DNA of 21,674 bases from Polyangia bacterium (GTDB lineage Bacteria; Myxococcota_A; Polyangia; JAAYKL01), in NCBI GenBank assembly GCA_050287845.1, contig JBNKCR010000037.1:1-21674 (forward strand), written 5' to 3'. How positions within the stretch are numbered: the stretch's first letter is position 1; every line of letters begins with the position of its first letter. The position numbers and the translations under genes were made by a program. Of the stretch, positions 16,701 through 21,674 are shown one piece after another. The notes under the pieces are model-generated. The model made no database searches. It saw nothing but the letters and a program-made list of their open reading frames with translations, and had not been told where the DNA came from.

Positions 16701-18092
16701 ATGCAATTTGCGCGTACATGGCAGCGAAATGGGGAGGCACCGGTTGTTCCGGATTTTTTGAAAGGCGAGATTCCCCCGCTCATCAGGCAGTTGGCGATTC
16801 CGGTGAGCGTGGGTATGTTTTTCAACACCATGTACAATGTGGTTGACACCTGGTACGCGGGACTGCTGTCCACGTCGGGAATCGCTGCCCTCACCCTGTC
16901 GTTTCCGGTGTTCTTCGCCGTGTTTTCCGCGGGGCACGGACTCTCCACCGCCACCACCGCCATTGTCGCCGGAGAGCTGGGGAAATCCGATGAGAACAGC
17001 GCCGCCCGGTTCTTTGCTCAGAGCCTGGGGTTCAGCATCGTGCTGTCGCTGGTACTCACCGTAGTCGGCATGCTATTTCTGCGCCCCATTCTGATGGTCA
17101 TGAGCGACGACAGCGCAGTGGTGGATATTGCCCAGACCTATCTGCAGGTACTTTTTTTCGGGGTGCCGTTTCTGATTGTTGTGGGCACCGTGAATTCGGC
17201 GCTTACCGCGCGGGGGGATACCCGGGCATATCGAAATGTGCTTATTGCCGGGTTTTTCCTGAATCTCGGATTCAATCCATTGTTCATGTTCGGCGTGAGC
17301 TGGCTGGGGATACCCGCCATGGGCATCAGCGGCATCGCACTGGCCACCGCCCTCATCCAGGTCGTGGGGTTGATTTATCTGTTGCGTCGCGCCATCTTTC
17401 GCGGGTGTTTTGCCCATGTGCGTCTGCATCATTTTCGTCCCCGTTGGCACATCCTGAAAATCGTGGTGGGACAGGCGTTTCCCGCAGCGCTGGGGATGCT
17501 CCTGGTTTCGGTGGGAATATTCATCATTAACAGCTTCGTCTCCAGATCCGGCGACACCCATGCGGTGGCGGCCTACGGCGTGGCCATGCGGATTGAGCAG
17601 ATTGCCTTGCTGCCCACCATCGGATTGGGCATCGCCATGCTGACCATCACCGGACAGAACAGCGGGGCAGGGCAGTTTGAGCGGATTCGGCACACCTTCC
17701 GGACGGCGCTCTTCTACGGCAGCATCGTGATGGTGGTCATGCTCAGTATCATTGTTCCGTTAGCCCCGTTCTGGATATCGCTCTTTGACGACACGCCGGC
17801 AGTGGTGGCCATCGGCACCCAGTATCTGCGCATTGAAATGATTGCCTTCTTTGCCTACTTTGTACTCTTTCTCTCCATCTCCATGCTGCAGGGGCTGAAA
17901 CGACCCTTGCCCGCAGTCTGGATTGGATTGTATCGTCAGGTGCTGGCGCCGCTGGCGTTATTTTCGCTGTTTATCTTTGGCCTGGAGTTGCCCGTGGTTT
18001 CCATCTGGTGGGGCATCTGCGGCATCACCTGGAGCGCGGCCGTTGTGGTGTTGCTGTATGGTCGATGGCTGCTGGCCAGGATGTCTGCCTGA
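16701..18092 (+). CDS. MATE family efflux transporter
   Basis: LAIPVSVGMFFNTMYNVVDTWYAG, GDTR, NLGFNPLFMFG, GISGIALAT, GQNSGAG; about 12 TM segments. Exact start is uncertain. Confidence 0.95.
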   Translation: MQFARTWQRNGEAPVVPDFLKGEIPPLIRQLAIPVSVGMFFNTMYNVVDTWYAGLLSTSGIAALTLSFPVFFAVFSAGHGLSTATTAIVAGELGKSDENSAARFFAQSLGFSIVLSLVLTVVGMLFLRPILMVMSDDSAVVDIAQTYLQVLFFGVPFLIVVGTVNSALTARGDTRAYRNVLIAGFFLNLGFNPLFMFGVSWLGIPAMGISGIALATALIQVVGLIYLLRRAIFRGCFAHVRLHHFRPRWHILKIVVGQAFPAALGMLLVSVGIFIINSFVSRSGDTHAVAAYGVAMRIEQIALLPTIGLGIAMLTITGQNSGAGQFERIRHTFRTALFYGSIVMVVMLSIIVPLAPFWISLFDDTPAVVAIGTQYLRIEMIAFFAYFVLFLSISMLQGLKRPLPAVWIGLYRQVLAPLALFSLFIFGLELPVVSIWWGICGITWSAAVVVLLYGRWLLARMSA

Positions 18093-18103
18093 GCGGTCGC
18101 TCT

Positions 18104-18130
18104 CATTCAGAAAACTGAATTTCTGGAATG
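18104..18130. terminator. Candidate hairpin/terminator between convergent genes
   Basis: CATTCAGAAA...TTTCTGGAATG imperfect, AT-rich inverted repeat between the stops at 18092 and 18160. Confidence 0.3.
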
Positions 18131-18159
18131 AATTGAATGAAATCAGAACCCGTTACCAA

Positions 18160-19377
18160 TCAGAACGCGTTGCCGGGGGTACCGGCGGCGATTTCCCGGG
18201 TGAATTCGAGGAGGGTGGCGTCGCCGGCTTCTGCAGTGGCGCCATCGGGGAGTTCGCGAAGGAACCATTTCACCGTCCAGGTGTAGGACTCGCCGGCGGC
18301 AATAGAGGCGTACTCGCTCTGGGCTTCCATCTCTTCATAGCCTTCGGTGCCGTAAATTTCGATTTCACCTTCGCCCGGCGCTTCATCGCCCTCGGGGGTG
18401 TCTTCAAAGGTTTTTACAAAGAGCAATGTGCCATCGGTGTGGGCCAGCCAGCCTTCGGCGCCATCTGAAAACAGTTTGTAGTTCTGGGAATCCGGGATTT
18501 CACCGTGGTCACACCACATGACCCCATCGATTTCCTCCTGGGGATACTCGAAAAACCATTCCGCTCCCGAGGTGATGTCGCCGTCTCCCCGTGGAAAGAA
18601 TGTCATTCCGCCCGGGTTGAGTCGGGTAATTTCCCACCCTGCGCCGCTTTCGGTGGCATCCCCCTCATTGGTGATGGTGTAATCCAGCACAACTGCCTTG
18701 TCTTTCAGGTCCACCGAGTAGGTCTTGGTGATGGACCAGGTCATATCCTCCAGGGGAATGCTGTCGCTCTGCATGGTGATGGCGGCATTGGCTTCGTCGA
18801 CGGTGACCGTGTAGGGCATGCTGTACATTTCAGCGGGCGGCGGCCAGTCGCTGTATTCATCGCCAAATCGGTCCTGGGGGCTGATGAGCAAATCCGAACC
18901 GTACAGGCTTCCCACCGTGTTGTCGGCAATCATCTCCGTGCCGTTGAGCTGAAACGAGATTATCCGTCCCCCATTGTCTTCCCGCGCTTCGAAGTGCCAG
19001 GTATTTCCTTCGTATTCAAACTCCAGCACATACGCGCCGTTCTGCTCAATATCGCCAACCATCTCCGCCGGAATGACCACAGGCTCCGGTTCGGTCTCCG
19101 ACTCCGTGTCGTCGGCCGTGTCCGTTTCCGAATCGGTATCGGCATCGGTGTCCGTATCCGTGTCCGAGTCGGTGTCCGTATCCGTATCCGAGTCGGTGTC
19201 CGTGTCTGAATCTGAATCTGTGTCGGTGTCCGTATCTGAATCCGAGTCGCTGTCTGTATCCGAATCGGTGTCCGTATCAGAATCCGACGTGCCGGCGCTG
19301 GTGGCGGAATCTTTGTCGCAGGCTGTGACGCCAGACAGAGCAGTGAGAAGCAAAAGTAAGAATAATCGATTTGTCAT
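18160..19377 (-). CDS. Lipoprotein with an Asp-Thr/Asp-Ser repeat linker and a DUF4380-like (galactose mutarotase-like) domain
   Basis: Start MTNRLFLLLLLTALSGVTAC (lipobox), then a (DT/DS)n tract, then GGRIISFQLNG...WPPP...WEITR...KLFSDGAEGWLAH...EIEIY...EMEAQS. Confidence 0.8.
   Translation of the reverse strand: MTNRLFLLLLLTALSGVTACDKDSATSAGTSDSDTDTDSDTDSDSDSDTDTDTDSDSDTDTDSDTDTDTDSDTDTDTDADTDSETDTADDTESETEPEPVVIPAEMVGDIEQNGAYVLEFEYEGNTWHFEAREDNGGRIISFQLNGTEMIADNTVGSLYGSDLLISPQDRFGDEYSDWPPPAEMYSMPYTVTVDEANAAITMQSDSIPLEDMTWSITKTYSVDLKDKAVVLDYTITNEGDATESGAGWEITRLNPGGMTFFPRGDGDITSGAEWFFEYPQEEIDGVMWCDHGEIPDSQNYKLFSDGAEGWLAHTDGTLLFVKTFEDTPEGDEAPGEGEIEIYGTEGYEEMEAQSEYASIAAGESYTWTVKWFLRELPDGATAEAGDATLLEFTREIAAGTPGNAF
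19099..19288 (-). repeat. Coding 6-bp-period repeat encoding (DT/DS)n
   Basis: Degenerate GTGTCC/GTATCC/GAATCG hexamers on the + strand; protein SDSDTDTDSDTDSDSD... Confidence 0.9.
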
Positions 19378-19607
19378 TGTGCTATCCGTATCTTCAGTTT
19401 GTTGCCGTAAGGGGTTGAGGCGCCCGAAACTGCGGTGAATGGCGGCCCTGCAACCCGTCCTAATCCGTTTCAGTTTATCATTATTCCGATAAAAAATGCC
19501 AGCGGATATGCGCCACCACTTGCCTGCAAAATGCATCAGTACAATACTGTCGTGGCGAATCTCGGCACTGAAGGAGACCCACTATGCCCCGGAACTCTCC
19601 CCGGATA

Positions 19608-20477
19608 TTACTTCCCCTGTGGAAGGTGTCTTCTGGAGGTCATGCCGAGGGTCAGCAGAGCGGTGGGGCCGTTGAGTCCCCGCTCAGGACCGTTCTGAAT
19701 CTGCGCGGCGTGGGTGCGCCAGTTCCCGGCATACGGCGAAAACAGATACCCCCCTCGAAGGCCGACGGTGAAATACGATGTTTTGTGGGGTCTTTCCCGC
19801 ATCGGAAACCGGTAATCCACACCCAATGTCGCGCTCAGCACAAGGCTCGTCTGCGCCATATAGGTGCTTCTGCCCGGATCCTGCAGCACACCGTTGAAAC
19901 TGCCACCGGATTCTTCTGAAATCCAGATACGGGTGTGGCCAAGGCCAATACCGCCGAGGGCATACACACTCCACGAAGCGGTCTGAACCAGATCTGCGCC
20001 GTAATTGAGCTGCCACAGCCAGTTGCTCATGTCCACCCGAACATTGTTGTCCGGGGCTTCGGGGGTATTGTGAATCAGAAAGTGCCAGTCCATGCCCCCG
20101 ATAAACCGATTAAAGCGGTGATTGAACCCGAACCCCATAGACATTATCGGATCGTCAATGGGGTCGTAGCCGAACCGACTCAATCGGCCATTCATGGCGT
20201 CCATGTCGATGGCGGCCAGCCCACCCTGAACATATAAAGAAAATAGAGACTTCTTTATCCAGTGGTTCCGGTGCGTCTGCGCCGAAGTGTTCATTGAATT
20301 CACTTCGGTGGCGGCTGCTGAACTCCCCCCGGTGGCGGTGGATGCTGACACCTCCCCCGGGGTCGGCTGTTTCCTATCGCTGGCAGTGGCCGGGCCTGCC
20401 GTCAACAGTGCGGCTGGCAATATCATTGTGGCGAGTACCCACTGATGCGAAAATAATTTCATTTTATATATCTTCAT
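19608..20477 (-). CDS. Exported protein, putative outer-membrane beta-barrel
   Basis: Signal peptide ending ATA, followed by amphipathic Gly/aromatic-rich strands (SLYVQGG, WSVYALGGIGLG, FTVGLRGGYLF). SD AAGGAG precedes ATG 20477. Confidence 0.65.
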   Translation of the reverse strand: MKIYKMKLFSHQWVLATMILPAALLTAGPATASDRKQPTPGEVSASTATGGSSAAATEVNSMNTSAQTHRNHWIKKSLFSLYVQGGLAAIDMDAMNGRLSRFGYDPIDDPIMSMGFGFNHRFNRFIGGMDWHFLIHNTPEAPDNNVRVDMSNWLWQLNYGADLVQTASWSVYALGGIGLGHTRIWISEESGGSFNGVLQDPGRSTYMAQTSLVLSATLGVDYRFPMRERPHKTSYFTVGLRGGYLFSPYAGNWRTHAAQIQNGPERGLNGPTALLTLGMTSRRHLPQGK

Positions 20478-20700
20478 ATATTTCTCCTTCCGGGCCGCTG
20501 TGATTCGGATTTTCAATCCTTTTGAACAGGTTAATCACGGAAAAATGGCTGTAAACTGTATTTTTGATAAAATTTTGAACAGATTTTACCGTGAAAAAAC
20601 GTCGGTCCACCGATGAGCGGTGTGCGTTCACCGCTCAGGTAATGCACATAGGCGGGGAGTGCTTAGATTCTTTCCTGTACCCCCGGAAAGGAAGATGTTT

Positions 20701-21336
20701 ATGAGACAGAAAGACATACATGAACGATACAGCGTGAAGAAATTTGATTCAGAAAAAAAACTAGCCGATGACCAGGTGGCGTTGCTAATCGACGCGTTTC
20801 GCCATTGCCCTTCATCGTTCAACTCGCAGCCCTGGCGGTTGATTGTGGTTTCGAACCCGGAGATGAAGAATCGATTGGCGGCCGCTGGCAAGCATACCAA
20901 TGGCGACTGCATCCGTGAGTGCTCCCATCTGCTGTTGCTGGTGCGGCGACCGGTCACCATGGCCCATGCGAGAAAAGTGATTGAATCCACACCCATTTTT
21001 TTGAAAATGATTGATGGGTTGAAATTGAGCACCGGTAAACTGGCAGGATACCTGTGGTTTTACGCGAAGCAGCACGGGGGCCGTCACTGGACCGCGAACC
21101 AGGTATATCTGGCCATGGGGTTTCTGCTGGCTGTATGTGCATCGGCAGGAATTGGTGCGTTGCCCATGGAAGGCATTCAGCCACGCAAAATGGACCGAAT
21201 CCTCGGGCTTCAGAACGGTGAACGGACCATGCTGGCGCTGGCCGTAGGGTATCCCCACGAGGACGACGCCGAAAACCCCTCCCGCCTTGAAAAAGCGCGG
21301 CTTCCATTCAACGATGTTATACAGCTGGTTCAGTAA
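20701..21336 (+). CDS. Nitroreductase family protein (NfsB-like)
   Basis: RYSVKKFD, PSSFNSQPWR, QVYLAMG, PMEGI, LAVGY, KARLP. SD AAAGGAAG favours ATG 20701 (20695 is an alternative). Confidence 0.92.
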   Translation: MRQKDIHERYSVKKFDSEKKLADDQVALLIDAFRHCPSSFNSQPWRLIVVSNPEMKNRLAAAGKHTNGDCIRECSHLLLLVRRPVTMAHARKVIESTPIFLKMIDGLKLSTGKLAGYLWFYAKQHGGRHWTANQVYLAMGFLLAVCASAGIGALPMEGIQPRKMDRILGLQNGERTMLALAVGYPHEDDAENPSRLEKARLPFNDVIQLVQ

Positions 21337-21550
21337 ATCAGAGCTTCCCGAACCTGTCCCTATTTCTTCCGGTCTTCATTCTCCAGTCTTGCCTGGTTGT
21401 TTTGGTAAAGTCATTGCATTCTTTTTACAGATACACTGGTATTTCCAACAGGTTTTGTCTTTAAAAACAGAATTTTTCGACCTGATCTGCAAATCGGGGG
21501 CACCAGAGTAATCAGGTAGACTTTTTCAACCTCAGGACAGTGGTCGAAAT

Positions 21551-21674
21551 TAAATTGCCAACATGGCATTTGCTGCGCCAGACTGGCAAGGCGCGAGAAG
21601 TGGAGCATACCGGGGTATGCGACCGACGAGCAACGCCGTCGGGCGGGATGCAGCGGAGGCAAGATGGCAATTTA
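21551..21674. mobile_element. ERIC-like long hairpin / MITE-like element, right end at or beyond the window edge
   Basis: TAAATTGCCA (21551-21560) and TGGCAATTTA (21665-21674) are perfect inverted arms. The central GGAGCATAC-CGGG-GTATGCGAC is flanked by CAAGGCG and CAACGC. Confidence 0.6.

Noticed and set aside
18974..19438. Plus-strand Ser/Val repeat ORF
   Set aside because: Reverse-strand reading of the (DT/DS)n tract.
19380..19560. Riboswitch upstream of the DUF4380-like lipoprotein
   Set aside because: A GGGTTG/CAACCC pairing exists, but I recognise no conserved riboswitch motif.
2399..20700. Upstream-extended ORF-track starts (2399, 5333, 11772, 19536, 20516, 20620)
   Set aside because: The extensions overlap neighbouring genes or lack homology-like content. 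Downstream ATGs have better SD, signal peptide or domain context.
1..21674. Retron, DGR, integron, prophage, tRNA or rRNA
   Set aside because: No reverse transcriptase, integrase or phage gene, no template/variable repeat pair and no tRNA cloverleaf was recognised by eye.

Overview
Bacterial chromosomal segment, probably from a Myxococcota/deltaproteobacterium-like organism (inferred from a Myxococcus-type Cys-rich repeat/fibro-slime lipoprotein, an Asp-Thr repeat lipoprotein and a sigma54 promoter). The core is housekeeping: gatC-gatA-gatB-aspS-secA plus a CAP-domain lipoprotein, followed by envelope and transport genes (fibro-slime lipoprotein, DUF2914, MATE, DUF4380-like lipoprotein, putative beta-barrel protein, nitroreductase). 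The left 3.7 kb is accessory. It holds the 3' end of a GIY-YIG nuclease gene with an adjacent REP-like palindrome, a sigma54-driven polytopic membrane protein gene, and a ~1.75 kb segment bracketed by same-family REP-like palindromes. That segment contains gene remnants, a DUF1016-N/thermonuclease (SNase) fusion gene and a perfect 28-bp palindrome. The fusion gene has an extreme G/T strand bias that begins at a REP-like element and fades over about 10 kb. About six distinct families of small palindromic or MITE-like elements occur in the window. No rRNA, tRNA, CRISPR array or intact transposase was recognised. All family assignments come from motif recognition by eye, not from database searches.
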